Positions 10,861-23,313 of a stretch of 64,000 bases of DNA are shown here, one piece after another; the stretch's first letter is position 1, and the number at the start of each line of letters is the position of its first letter. Below the pieces are notes generated by a model that did no database searches, was not told the DNA's origin, and saw only the letters and a list, made by a program, of their open reading frames with translations. The DNA lies in NCBI GenBank assembly GCA_040285825.1, contig JAUPSS010000003.1, positions 3,410,001 to 3,474,000 of the forward strand, read 5' to 3'. Origin of the DNA: Eukaryota sp. TZLM1-RC. Taxonomy: Eukaryota > Protista > Metamonada: BaSk clade. Both the position numbers and the translations under genes were made by a program.

Positions 10861-13644
10861 TCATTCTTTTCGAGAATCAATGCGACCACGACGTTTACTA
10901 GAAGACTTTTTATGTGTAGAGGGACTTGCTGGTTTGCGTACATCCTCTATGGTAGGAACAATAGGAGGGTCTTCCCCCCGTAACACAGCATCAGAAACTC
11001 TAGCTTCCCATTTCATTTGCTCTCTAAGAACTCGTCGTTTCTCGTAGAGCTCCCAAAAGTCAGTAGAATGGGAGAACCTACACGAATCGCCTTCTTCACA
11101 ATGACCGTCTAAAAACAACTTAAAACATGGAGCAAGTTTGGCATCATGGACGTATGGACAACTGGTTCCTCTGTTGCAAGAACCAGACATGAAAAATCTA
11201 CAGGGCTCAGGTATGGGCTTTCCGGAACCTACATGTTTGAACGGACAGGCAGACCCCTTGCGACACATCCCAACTTCAAAGAACTTGCAAGTTTTATCAG
11301 TTTTGGACGTAGATAGTGCTACAGGTTGGGCAGGCAAGGTAGAAGGTGGATGTGAAGGTGGGGAAACAGGACTAGGCCGTGGTGGTGTTGAACTCTGTGT
11401 TGCAGGAGCTTCGCTCTTGTCCTTATCTTTTTTCTTCTTAGTGCGCTTACGTTTTTTGGGAGGTGACTTATTGCTACCAGGAGCATCAAGTACCTGAGAA
11501 GTTCTTTTTGCTGTTGAAGATCCCAGGCCGAGAATTGACCCCAACGAAACTTTTTCAACAGGCTCAGTATCTGACTCAGAGTCAACATCTGAGCCTTTTG
11601 AAGGTTTTGGGTCGTGAGATACAACTGTTGAGATAGATTCTGAAGTCGACTGTTTCTTAGACTGAGGTTGACTTACATCACCAGCGTACCAGACATCAAA
11701 GAATGATTGCTCTGTGACCTTGTCAATAGTGGGAGCGGACATCGTCTCCCCTAAGAGTGTTTCAGAAGATTTCTCAGCTTCTTCAAATGCTTTTGAATAA
11801 TGCTCACTCTCTTCTGGACTGAAATCTTTTTTAGATTCATCTTCTGCACCCGTTGTTTCTAGCCTTTCATTTAAACCTTCATGCACTGCTGCTAAATCAA
11901 CATCCTGCATAAGTTCTGCTATAGATTCCTTCTGTTGCAGTTCTGTTTCTTTTTGTTCAGGAATTTGTAATCCTTGTGATTGCACAGGTGTTCTCTTTTT
12001 CACTTGCTTAATTAGAGATCCCAATATATCATCTCCCTCGAGTTCCTCCTTTTCATCCTCAATTTTTGACTCAGGAGGTTTCTCCTCCACTTCATGTGGT
12101 GGTTGTTGTGATACATACTTTTGCTTTGTTTTTTGATGTGGCTTTTTTGACTTATCTCCGGGTTTTGGTGAGCTTGAACGTAGCAAGGACTCTTCATCTA
12201 AAAATTCTCCCCGATCATCAACCTTTGTTGAGTGTCCGATCTTCTCTTCAAAATAAAACATATTTGAGGTTAGATCGGTTTGGTTAAAATGTTTAATTTG
12301 TCCTTTTTTTATTGCAACAGCAATCGCAGATGTTACATATCGTGTAGGAACAGGTGGTAGAGGGGGCATTTGACAGACTGTTGAACTAGCAACTACTTTG
12401 GAACAATCAGCAAGATTAGGTAGATAGACTCTTGAAACATGACGACCCCAGGATCCTAGGAAAAATTCTAAAATGTTATCTGGAACAGTGTTGATTGGTG
12501 GTGCCAAAGGTGAAGGTAATGTCTGCCCCGGAAACATATGGTGAAGCAATAGCATACGTACCTTTAGATACATTCTGTCAAAAGTGGGATGGCAAATGGA
12601 AAAATTGGTCAATGCAAAAACAGCAGGTTCAGACACTAATATATAATCATTTTTTGCAAAAGAGAATAAAATGTCCAAAATAGGCCGGAAAAACCGATTC
12701 TTGGGTGAACTAAAAAACGCAATCTTTCCATAAGTTAAAATGACAACCGACTTGACCATAGCAGCAAATCTTTTGCTTTGAAGAATTGTTACAAATATTG
12801 GTGATATACGAGGCCACCATTTGTCCGGGTTTGACCTCAGCAGAAGACCCAATGCGTTAGCTGCAGGATATTGCACTAGAAAACATTCAGACTCAGTAAA
12901 AGGATCCGGAGTGAGGTGCTGAGTAGGTTGAGGATCCAGTTCAGCTGCACAAATGTCAAATACTCTCTCTTCTAGATGAGAATCTCCTTGGACATTGCCC
13001 ACAGGACAAACGGCATGACCAAGTGATTGAAAGCAAGCCCAACGTAGACGAAAATGGCGGCCTGGATCCTGGGCAATTCGAAGCCACTCAGGTGCCATTT
13101 GAGCTCTGAGAGCTGCAGAACTCTGACTCATTCTACCGAGACCTATTAACGCGCCCCAAACTATAGAAAGTTTTGCTTTCTTGCTCTGGTACGCCTCAAA
13201 GAAAAAAGGGACTATACTGCTTTGTATATGGGGATATTTGCGACCAATTCGACTCAATGCACAATATGCTGCTTTTCTTACATACTGTGATTGTTCATTT
13301 TCTCGTTTCAATAAAAGAGTAAGTAAATCAAGCATTTGAGACACAATTGTAGGATCATGTGCAGCCAATAAACCAAGAGATCTGACAGCCCATCGCCGGG
13401 GATTAGATCTATGTATCTTTGGATTTTGCAGAACATGTAATATAAGGGTTAAGGCAGGTGGTCGGAGATCAGGTCTTGCTGACGATATGTACACCACAGC
13501 TTGAACAGCCTGCTTGACTACTCGATAATTTTCTGGAGGGTTGTGTATAATCCTGCGACAAAGATCAAACACCGCATTGACCTCTTCTGAAGAATGATCT
13601 GTCAGAAATGCCTCTGCTAGTTGCGGGTTCTCAACTTTATGCAT
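10861..13644 (-). CDS. HEAT/ARM-repeat protein with three C-terminal CCCH zinc fingers
   Basis: 927 aa. HEAT-like motifs (RRWAVRSLGLL, VRKAAYCALSRIG, LRWACFQSLGH), an acidic/basic linker, and 3x C-x7-C-x5-C-x3-H. Confidence 0.85.
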   Translation of the reverse strand: MHKVENPQLAEAFLTDHSSEEVNAVFDLCRRIIHNPPENYRVVKQAVQAVVYISSARPDLRPPALTLILHVLQNPKIHRSNPRRWAVRSLGLLAAHDPTIVSQMLDLLTLLLKRENEQSQYVRKAAYCALSRIGRKYPHIQSSIVPFFFEAYQSKKAKLSIVWGALIGLGRMSQSSAALRAQMAPEWLRIAQDPGRHFRLRWACFQSLGHAVCPVGNVQGDSHLEERVFDICAAELDPQPTQHLTPDPFTESECFLVQYPAANALGLLLRSNPDKWWPRISPIFVTILQSKRFAAMVKSVVILTYGKIAFFSSPKNRFFRPILDILFSFAKNDYILVSEPAVFALTNFSICHPTFDRMYLKVRMLLLHHMFPGQTLPSPLAPPINTVPDNILEFFLGSWGRHVSRVYLPNLADCSKVVASSTVCQMPPLPPVPTRYVTSAIAVAIKKGQIKHFNQTDLTSNMFYFEEKIGHSTKVDDRGEFLDEESLLRSSSPKPGDKSKKPHQKTKQKYVSQQPPHEVEEKPPESKIEDEKEELEGDDILGSLIKQVKKRTPVQSQGLQIPEQKETELQQKESIAELMQDVDLAAVHEGLNERLETTGAEDESKKDFSPEESEHYSKAFEEAEKSSETLLGETMSAPTIDKVTEQSFFDVWYAGDVSQPQSKKQSTSESISTVVSHDPKPSKGSDVDSESDTEPVEKVSLGSILGLGSSTAKRTSQVLDAPGSNKSPPKKRKRTKKKKDKDKSEAPATQSSTPPRPSPVSPPSHPPSTLPAQPVALSTSKTDKTCKFFEVGMCRKGSACPFKHVGSGKPIPEPCRFFMSGSCNRGTSCPYVHDAKLAPCFKLFLDGHCEEGDSCRFSHSTDFWELYEKRRVLREQMKWEARVSDAVLRGEDPPIVPTIEDVRKPASPSTHKKSSSKRRGRIDSRKE

Positions 13645-13669
13645 TCAACTAGTCTGGAATTCTGTTTTT

Positions 13670-14276
13670 TGAAAATCACAATTTGAAAAAACAGTTGAGC
13701 CACTCCGTTCAGGCCTATTATCAGTACCTGATTGCAATGGCAGCACTGTTGGTCGATGTTACTCAACCTACTGAATCCTCAAAGTGACAACACTGAAAGA
13801 CAAAGTTTATTGGAACACCATCTACATCAAGGAAAAAGAAAAGCTATTCACCGTAATCGCTTCGACTTTTTATCCGTCGCCAAAAGAGATTCAGCCATTT
13901 TGTCCAGAAAATCAAAGACATGGCTGAAAATCGTGAAGTGATTATTTGGTTTGGGAAAGGAGGTGATGGACCATCCCGTCAAAGAGTGAAAACACCAAGA
14001 AAGCATTTTCTGAAGTATCTCAAGGCTCGATTTCCAAGTGTGAAGGACGGCGATGAATACTATACATCAGCCAAAGTGAACTGTTGCAAACTTTTCCATG
14101 AAGACCTTTACTTCATAGAGAATGGAGAAAGGAAAAAGTCTAAAGCCTATTTTGCATGTCCAGAATGTGGGATGGTTTGGTCAAGAGATATATCTGCATC
14201 GATAAACCAGTGGGAGATTGCAGTAAGCGAGTACTTTTTGAACACTAGACCCCTAGCTTTTAGAAGACCTCAATAA
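13670..14276 (+). pseudogene. Fanzor family B copy 2, 5'-truncated (RuvC-II, Zn finger and RuvC-III only)
   Basis: IWFGKGGDG...DEYYTS..NCC...CPEC..WSRDISASIN...RPLAFRR; clearly homologous to 2507-2845. Confidence 0.88.
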
Positions 14277-14405
14277 GAGTCTTCAAATCCAACGTAGTTT
14301 GATCTAAGCCGTTCATCTCCGAATGGTTAAATTTAGACATGTGGATGTGGTTGAAGTATTGAAAACTACAAAAACACTCCGATTGAATTTTCCTGGGCCA
14401 CTACA
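14277..14405 (+). ncRNA. Candidate omega-RNA region of Fanzor B copy 2
   Basis: Nested pairings CTTCAA/TTGAAG, ATCCA/TGGAT and AGCCGTTC/GAATGGTT immediately after the stop. The 3' boundary is uncertain. Confidence 0.4.
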
Positions 14406-14434
14406 AAAAAATTTGATAGATTTTGATTTATTAT

Positions 14435-17400
14435 TTGTTTTGTTATCGAATTCACCAGTTTCTACAATAGTTGATGGTGTTGAAATTCAAGCCAAATTAT
14501 ATTCAATTGATGTTATTTGTCATTTGGGTTCGTTTTTAGGAAATAATGATGAAATTACCAAAAAATTGTTTGAAAAGTTGAACTCAATTTCCGATAAAGT
14601 TGACCGAATGATGACTTTAGATATACAGAAACATATCAAATTTACCATTATAAGACTGTGTTTTAGTTCCAATTTCAATCATATATTTCGATCTACAAAT
14701 CCCTTATCACTAGGCCTTTGGCTCAGAAGTTTAATGAGTTACGTGCAAAAGTTTTGTCACAATGACTGGGATGTAAAATGTTCCAAATTCCAGATCATGC
14801 TTATCTTAGTCCACAATCTGGTGGTTTAGGTTGGACGAAGGCTTCTATTCTTGCCTCATGTGCTTTTATTGGTGGATGCAGAAATGCAATCTTTGAGTTT
14901 TCCGAAAGATTTGCAGTATGTGAAGATCTTTTTTTTACTCTACTAATTTTTATTCAACAAACAAACATGAAATTCACAATTAAAACTCCACATCCTCAAA
15001 ACCTGCCTCCCCTACATCAAAACAATTAATTGCTAAAGATTCAGAAAATTTCCCAAAAGAAGATAGTGAATCAGAAATTAGTTTTACCATTCCCTTAAAA
15101 ATAGAAAATACAATCCTGTTTTGCCAGTAAACACGATTGAAAATTCTTCCAGTTCTTTCCTTTACAACTACAAAAAAATCCTCAAGGAAAGCCATAGCAG
15201 CCTTACCTAGAGATCCAAGCAAAGAAAAAACAAATGGACATAAATTATATTGGGCATGAGAATTTTCATTAACCGAGGAAATGGGTTTCGCATATTTAGC
15301 AATTTTATATTTTTCGCCTGCAAGAAGAGGATTATTTACATCTGAGTTAATGAGATGTTCGTTACAGGAATTACAAGGGTCAATAGACATGGCGTCCAAA
15401 ATAGTAAAACTACCATTTAAACCAGGAACAACTAGATCACCTCTAGTCAGACCCATAGAAGCTCTGTTGTAACGCGTACTATCAATAATGGGATCATCAA
15501 GAATTAATTTTGATAACAGCGGTTCTAAAAAGGAATCTATTCGATATGATTTGCACATTACATAAATTTGGTCCCTGACGTTATTATGCACTTTGCTTCT
15601 AAACGTAATGAAATGTTTGCAGTTCAAAAGATGAGTAAACAAAAGAGGTTTACTACATTTACAAGTTAAATGATTGGGCAAATTGTTTGGCCACAGAAAA
15701 CAACGAAAACGCATGTTCAGAAGCCATTCATTGTTTTTTGACAAAAGTCCATAAACAGAGGGAACTTGAGTTACTAAAGCAGCAGCTGAACTATCACGAA
15801 TATCCTTTAAAAAATTACCGAAAGCGGGATTTTTAGTTTTGGCCAAGCCATGTCTTGCTTCATAATCCAAGCCTTCATATAATTTAACCAGATGGTGCTG
15901 AAGCTTTTTCAAGCAAAAACGTAAATTTGGAAGTGATCGGGTGGGAATTTCTTGAACATTTTGAGGAAAACACTGAATCCAGATATCACTAGGCAAATTT
16001 TCTAATTCAAATTGCAGTTGATTCAAGTAAAAATTTGATTCACCATTGATCAGATGAACATCAAAAGGGAACCTTTGGAAAAATTCAAAAACAAAATTTT
16101 TACCACCCCCCCAAAATGCTGTACGATGGGGGAGTGGACCTTAAAATATGAGTGAATTTTCCAGAATAACAAATTGTTAAAATAAAAAATTTGATGTGTT
16201 TCTCAATGTCACATTCAGCAATGAAACTAAGATCCTTGTCAAACTTCTCCACTAAATTGTTTAAATGGGAATAAATTTCATCCAAATTGCCAAGCCAACA
16301 TCCAAGAAACTTAAAAGCTTGTTGGTCGTAATTGATAAAAGGAATCTGAGCTCCGCCAATCATCAAAGATTGTTTTTCTTTACCAATCAAGAGACATTTA
16401 GATGGGTTCAAAGCTAAAACAATTTCTTTGTATTTCGCCGCAATGTCTTCAGAAACCCTAGAAATGCTTTCAAAAGAACCAATAATAGAAATGTCATCCA
16501 TATAGGCAACAATACGCAAATCAGGGAAATCTTGTTGTGTCATTTGAATAATATTATGAATAGCCAAACAAAACAGCAAAGGGCCAAGAGGATCACCTTG
16601 TTTCACACCAGAAGAAGATTCAAGGGTAAAGGAGTCAAAAATTAAGTCTGATTTTTTTTCCATAAAATAAATAAAAATATGCAGAAAGTTCAGGAAAATC
16701 TTGCAGAAGCACATCAAAAATACAATTACGTTTCACAGAATTGAAAGCATTTTTGAAATCCAAATTGAAAATATATTGATGTTGTTGACTATTGAAAAAA
16801 ACATCTGAAGTCATTGAAGCAACAGAAGCAGCTTCAATAGTTTTTATACCAAATTGGAAAGGCTTCAAATAGTCCCTTGCTTTAGGAGAAATTCTGTTAA
16901 AAATAAGCGAAGAAAGCAATCTGGTTAATGACTCTCCAATAGCAATTGGTCTAACTCCATCAGATCTATTAATGACAACACAAAGTTCCACTGTTTTTGC
17001 ATTAAATGAAGAAATTTCAAAAATTGATGCAAAAAAATGGAGTCGATGCTTTCCCCAATCATTTAATGGCAATATTGCAGAAAAGAATCTTTTAAATTTA
17101 AAATACACTCTTCGAACAATACAGAAACGATTGACTGGAATGTATGAAAATGAGCTTTATAATAATATATGCAGATCGGCTGTTTTAAATCAAGATCTTC
17201 ACTCATTGTTATTGGAAAAGGGTGTTTGTGAAAACAATTCATCAGATTCTTCACTTTTTGTAAACATTGTACCACGAAGATTTGGATTGTGTGCCACTAA
17301 TGAAGCATTTCTAACAAAAATGGGATTATATTTGAATATCCCCATTAATCAATTATTATCAAAAGAAAAATGTATTTGTTCGAATTCACCTAAACTCACT

Positions 17401-18020
17401 TTGCGCCATGCTCTGAATTGTTCTAAATTGATAACTTTTCGTTCTCCATTACATGATGCTGTTAGAGACACTGTTTTCAATATGGCACAAACTGCAAGAA
17501 TATCGTCTATCAAAGAGCCTCTGCTGAAGGAAACACTTTCTCTGAATAATTTTGGTTCTGATGATAAGTGTGATATATACTGTGATTGGATTGATAATTC
17601 TGAAGCTATTGTTGACTTTGTCTCATGTAATGTTGCAAATGATACTTTGGTTCACAGAAGAAAACTTAACCGTGTACATGCTCTTGATTCTAAAGCAAAA
17701 GAAAAACATAGCAAATATGATTAAGATATTGAAGAAGCTAATGCTGGTAGAAATACACAACTAGTTTTTATTGCTTTCCCATTTTCGATAAATGGAAGAT
17801 TATCAGTTGAAACAGAAACTTTTTTGAATGACTTTCAAAAAATGGTTCAAGAAAAAACAATGAAAAGATTTGATATTTTTTTATGGCGTTCTCGAATTCA
17901 ATTTGCCATTATTAATAGATTACCTCGGTTTTTCAATCGAATAAGAGGAGCTTTAGCCAGACAGCAAGCAGATCAAGATTTTGTAGAGGAAATCCTGGTT
18001 CAATGATATTCGTCCCATTA
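14435..18020 (+). mobile_element. CRE-like RLE non-LTR retrotransposon family B (5'-truncated), split by an insertion at 14930-16961
   Basis: Left part ends ...ERFAVCEDL and right part resumes LMTTQSST..., which are contiguous in the copy at 20867-21271. Has the C-x-C..H...C Zn knuckle, HDAVRD and RLE motifs. Confidence 0.88.
14930..16961 (-). mobile_element. CRE-like RLE non-LTR retrotransposon family A (5'-truncated; RT + Zn knuckle + RLE), TSD AGATCT, short poly(A)
   Basis: RT motifs RPIAIGE, DFKNAFNS, GVKQGDPLGPLLF and AYMDD. RLE motif RGDL..D...EKYKIAKY. AGATCT at 14924-14929 and 16962-16967, T-run at 14930-14936. Internal deletion near 16120. Confidence 0.92.
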
Positions 18021-18039
18021 GTTATGAATTAATTTAATT

Positions 18040-18290
18040 AAGGAAACAGTTAAGGGGTCCTTATATTTTGATTGAGCCATTGGTATAGAAGAATCATTAC
18101 ACACATCAGTGGATCTCACATCAGTAATAATGGTATTACCAGCAAAACCTTCAAGCATTAAATCACCCCTTCTTCGACCAAAAGAATTCAAAGTATCTTC
18201 ATCAACCAAACGGGACAGTAAAGGTTCTAAATAGGGAACAATTCTATGTGATTTTGACATACAATAGAGTTGATCTCTTACTGCATCATA
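18040..18290 (-). pseudogene. RLE retrotransposon family D fragment
   Basis: HDAVRDQLYCM...EPLLSRL...RRGDLMLEG...DVRSTDV. Confidence 0.8.
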
Positions 18291-19249
18291 ACTTTTGCCA
18301 CTGCAAAAAGATACTGTTTTTGAAAGAAGTAAACTCGGGCAACGAGACTTTGATAGATATTGGAGGAAATCAAATAAATAATCAAATACATGGCATTTAT
18401 TTCATTTCAACATGTTCTGGTTTACTGCGTCAATATAAACACAAGCAACTATCTCTTTACCATCCCTGTCCTTTTGATTGATCGAGTCTTTTACTATGCA
18501 ATGGATTTGGTGGATAAATTGAGGCTCGTTCCCACCATTGTCAGAATTGATTTTCTAAAATATTCAGTTCTTCTCCATGGGTTAACTCTCGCCTTTGCAC
18601 TAAGCTCATATTCCCATCGACTAAATCATTAAATGAGGAGGATGATCAAACATTCTATAAGTGTTGTTATATGTTCCTATTTTGTTGTCTAACATGTCCC
18701 CAAAATTGCTTACGGCCCTCTGAGTTGAAAACAATTAGTCCTTGAATAAAGAAAACAATATAATGATTATAAGATTGATTGAGCATTTCTTCATTTACTA
18801 TGGTTAATGTTCTAAATAATGGATCTGCAAGAACTACATCAAAATGTGCTCAATTCAATACAACTAATTGTTTTTGTTTCAATAATTTATAATTTAATTG
18901 TTTCGACCATAATTTTGCATCAATCAAAAATAAAGGGCATTTTGTTGACCTTAAATACATTTCGAGGTTGTTTCAGAATCTGATCTCCAATGTTGAAGGT
19001 GTGGTTTTCCAACCAAACAAAAAGTAAATTGAGCAAATATACAAAGTATCAATCATTGACAGATATTGAAGTAGATGTTGATTAAGTAAATTTAATCAAA
19101 AATAAAACTTTGTTTCAAGTCAATAACAAAATTGTCAAAATTGATCCTGCAATATCCAATTCTTTATTGAGCTACAAGTCAATATACATTGCAGTTTTCT
19201 GCATTCAATTGTCACTAGTCTCCTACAATTTCAGTAAAAATTTACAGTT

Positions 19250-19930
19250 TAATAGTTTCATCTGCTGATAATGAAGCGTTTGTGACACAAATGAGATTAT
19301 CTTCAAATACTCCAATTAAACGATGATTATCAGAATAAAACTGTATTTGGTCGAATTCGCCTCAACTCACCTTGCGTAATGCTCTTAATTGTCCTCAATT
19401 GAACTTTGGGTGCTTCATTACATGATGATGTTAAGGACAATGTTATTTAGCCGAATTTGATCTATTATGCAATAATCTTGTGTATTAAAGAGCCTTTGCT
19501 AAGAGAATCCCTACAATTGAACAAGTTCGATTCTAATATTGACCTTGATGTTTACTGCTGTTAGATTCAAAATTCTGAAGTTATTGTTGACTTTGTCTTC
19601 TGTGATGTTGCAAATGACATTATGGTTCGTAGAAGGAAAATAAATCTGTAAAAGCTTTTGAATTCAACATAAAGAACACGCTCAGAAAATATGAAAATGA
19701 CATCGAAGAAGCTAATGACAATAGAAATTGACAAGTTGTATTTATTCTTTCCCATTTCCTATAAATGAAACACCAGTAGTAGAAGTAGGAAAATTTTCAT
19801 TTATTTTTCTATCAACAATTGAAAAAAAAAGATGAAACACATATGAGATTTGATAATGTGGGACGTTTTAAAAGACGTTTCAATTTGCCAAAATTGATAC
19901 ATTAAAACTGTTTTTTATCAAAATGGAAAC
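19250..19930 (+). pseudogene. Old degenerate RLE family B copy
   Basis: Nucleotide similarity to 17290-17930, with many stops. Confidence 0.75.
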
Positions 19931-19959
19931 AAAACAAAAAAACAAGTTTGATCCCAAGT

Positions 19960-21595
19960 TACATATAATTTATTGAAATTGCACACTTAACAAAATAAAC
20001 TACTAACTAATGAGACGAAATTTATTGAACCAAGATTTCCTCTCCAAAATCCTTATCTGCTTGCTGTCTCGCTAAAACTTCTCTACTTCGATTGAAAAAC
20101 CGAGGCAATCTAGTAATTATGGCAAATTGAATTCGACAGCGCCATAGAAAGATATCAAATCTTTTCATTGTTTGTTCTATAACCATGTTTTTGAAATCAT
20201 TCAAAGAAGTTCCTGCTTCTACTAATAGTCTTTTGCTTATAGAAAATGGAAAAGTAATAAAAACAAGTGGTCTATTTCTATCAGCATTAGCTTCTTCGAT
20301 ATCTTTGTCATATTTTCTATGTTATTCATTCGCTTTATATTCAAGAGCATCTACATGATTAAGTTTTCTTCTTTGAACCAAAGTGTCATTTGCAACATTA
20401 CAGGAGACAAAATCAACAACAGCCTCAGAGTTCTCAATCCAATCACAGTATATATCACCTCTATCATCAGAGCCATAATTATTCAAAGACAGTGTTTCTT
20501 TCAGCAGAGGCTCTTTGATACACGATATTCTTGCAGTTCGTGTCATATTAAAAACAGTGTCTCTAACAGCATCATGTAATGGAGAACGATAAGTAATCAA
20601 TTTCGAACAATTCAGAGAATGATGCAAAGTGAGCTGAGGTGAAATCGAACAAATACATTTTTCTTTTAATAATAATTGATTAATGGGAATATTCAAATAT
20701 AATCTCATTTTTGTTATAAACGCTTCATTGGTAGCACACAGTTCAAATCTTCGTGGTACAATGGTCACAAACAGTGAAGAATCTGATGACTGATTTTCAC
20801 AATCACCTTTTCCAATAACCATGAGTGGAGATCTTTATTTAAAACAGGCGAGCTGCATATATTTTTCTAAAAATCATTTTCATACATTCCAGTCAATCGT
20901 TTCTGTAATGTTCGAAGAGTGTCTTTTAAATTTAAAAATCTCTTTTCTGCAACATTACCATTGAATGATTGGAAGAAGCATCGACTCCATTTTTCCACAT
21001 CAATTTTTGAAATTTCTTCACTTAATGCAAAAACAGTAGAACTTTGCGTTGTCATCAATAAATCTTCCCAATCTACAAATCTTTCGGAAATCTCAAAGAT
21101 TGCATTTCTGCATCCACCAATAAAAGCACATGAGGCAAGAATAGAAGCCTTCGTCCAACCTAAACCACCAGATTGTGGACTAAGAAAAGCGTGATCTGGA
21201 ATTTGGAACATTTTACATCCCAATAATTGTGACAAAACTTTTGCACGTAACTCATCAAACTTCTGAGCCAAAGGCCTAGTGATAAGAGGATTTGTAGATC
21301 GAAATATATAATTAAAGTTGGAACTGAAACATGGTCTTATAATGGTAAATTTGATATGTTTCTATATATCCAATTTCATCATTTGGTCAATTTTTTCGGA
21401 AACTGAATTCAACTTTTCAAACAATTGTTTGGTAACTTCATCATTATTTCCTAAAAACGAACCCAAATGTCGAATAGCATCAATTGAATATAATTTGGCT
21501 TGAATTTCAATACCATCAACTATTGTGGAAACTGGAGAATTTGAAAGTAAAACACATTAAGGTAAGTTGAGTCGAAGTCCAATTGTTGAATAATT
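19960..21595 (-). mobile_element. RLE family B copy (5'-truncated, frameshifted)
   Basis: RT thumb SPQSGGLG, Zn knuckle, RGDIYCD and 3' UTR; very similar to the other family B copies. Confidence 0.9.
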
Positions 21596-21639
21596 CTATA
21601 AAACAGACTGAGTTCCCAAGTTTGAAAGTTGAAAAGCAA

Positions 21640-22800
21640 GTTACCTTTGTAAAGCTGCCTTTATTGGAGGTGGTAAAAATTTTATTTTAGAATTTGTGAA
21701 TCGCTTTCCAGAAAAAATTGATCTCATTGAAAACTGTGGCAGCTCTTATTTTATTTCTTTGCAACAGGAAATTGAAACTCTTTCACCAAATTTTTGGTCT
21801 AAATGTTTGCCCTCTGATATTGTGGAACTTCCTTCAAGAAGCTTGCTCTCCTTACCACTGACTTTTACAAAATTACAGAAAAAAATCTTAAAAGTTTTAG
21901 AAAACTTGGATTATATTGTATGTCTTAGCTTGGCTAAAGAAAAAAATCCCGTTTTTGCAAACTTTTTGATTGATTTTGAAGACAATTGCTCAAATTGCCT
22001 AATCTCCCAAATTCCCAACATTTACGGCCTTCTACTTAATGATCACCAATGGACCACTGCAATGAGAATGAGATGTTTTCTATGGCCTTGTTCTTTACCA
22101 AATGATTTAATTTGTCGCTGCAAGAGTGTTGTTACGCTTTCCCATATTTTTAACTGTAAGTATTTTATAACTTATCGCTCAATTGTTCATGACTCAGTTC
22201 GTGATCAATTCTATGCCATGTGCAAAAGTTTCAATATAGAGGCATTTATAGAACCATTAATACGTAAGCTAACTCCAGATCAAACTGATGATTCCTTAAG
22301 TAAAAGAAGGGCAGATTTAGTAGCTCCAGGGATCGATGATGTTCTCAATGTTGTTGATGTTGTCTCAGTAGATGTCTGCAAAAATTCTGCTGCTCGTTTG
22401 GTGTATCTCGCTGATTCGCTGATTCTATCTAACGCCGAAAAAAAGAAAACAAAAAAATATGAAGAACCATTGGCACAATTAGGTAGAGTCGAACATGTGA
22501 AATATCTGTTTGTGTCGTTTGCAATTTCTCTCTTTGGCAATATTGGACCTTCCGGGTTACACTTTTTTCAAAACTTCAAAAAAGTTTTACTAAATAGATC
22601 TCGTAAAAAAAAGAATTCCAATTGCTGGTTTAATAGAATTGCTTTTTGCATTTTCAAGTCTATTCCAACAATGATTTCTAAAGCTCTTTTAGCTATTGGT
22701 GTAGAATATGAACGAAATGCTGTGAGTAGGTTTAGTAATAGTGATGCTTGTTTGGAGGATATTGAATACTAGATAGAATTTTATTTCTCAATAAATATTC
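21640..22800 (+). mobile_element. RLE family C 3' part (ORF 21696-22772)
   Basis: CRC..LSHIFNC..HDSVRD..EPL..RRADL..VDVVSVDV..AEKKKTKKY. Confidence 0.88.
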
Positions 22801-22859
22801 CAGTTAAAATCAGTTTGGGATTTGAAAACATTTTTACAAAACCTATCCACATCCTTCCA

Positions 22860-23215
22860 ATGCAACCACCTTCTCTCTCTGATATCAATCCCTTAGGTAT
22901 GCTTATTTCCTACATGTTGACCCTTTAGACCCCTTCAGCAGCAAGACAGGCAACTCGGGACAACGAGTTCATATTCGTGCAGTACAACGTAAGAACAAGT
23001 GGGTCACAGTTATAGAAGGCCTTCCAGATATCTTTGACTACCGTAAAATACTAAAAGTTCTGCGTCAAGACCTCTTTTGTAATGGTACTGTCGTAGACGA
23101 CAAGCATTATGGAACAGTCATTACTCTCCAAGGAGACCATAGATACGATGTTGAAAAGTTCCTTCTTCATGAAGAACTAGCGGAAAAGGAAGAGATTAGT
23201 GTCCATGGTGCTTAG
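22860..23215 (+). CDS. EIF1: Translation initiation factor eIF1/SUI1; exons 22860-22896 and 22929-23215 (missed by the ORF track)
   Basis: Spliced product MQPPSLSDINPL-D-PF...VHIRAVQRKNKWVTVIEGL..FCNGTVVDD..YG.VITLQGDHR...ISVHGA*. The 32-nt GTATGC...TTGAC...TTTAG intron restores the conserved DPF motif. Confidence 0.95.
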
Positions 23216-23313
23216 GTTTCGCTTTTTTTTGTTCTCTTACTTATTAATACATTATTAATTCTTTTTAATAAAAACAAGTTTGTTTATTGGTTGAAAACCT
23301 ATATATACAAAAA

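Noticed and set aside
16635-17108. Single ORF joining an N-terminal extension to RT motifs
   Set aside because: Chimeric frame crossing the insertion junction at 16961, into the antisense strand of the host element.
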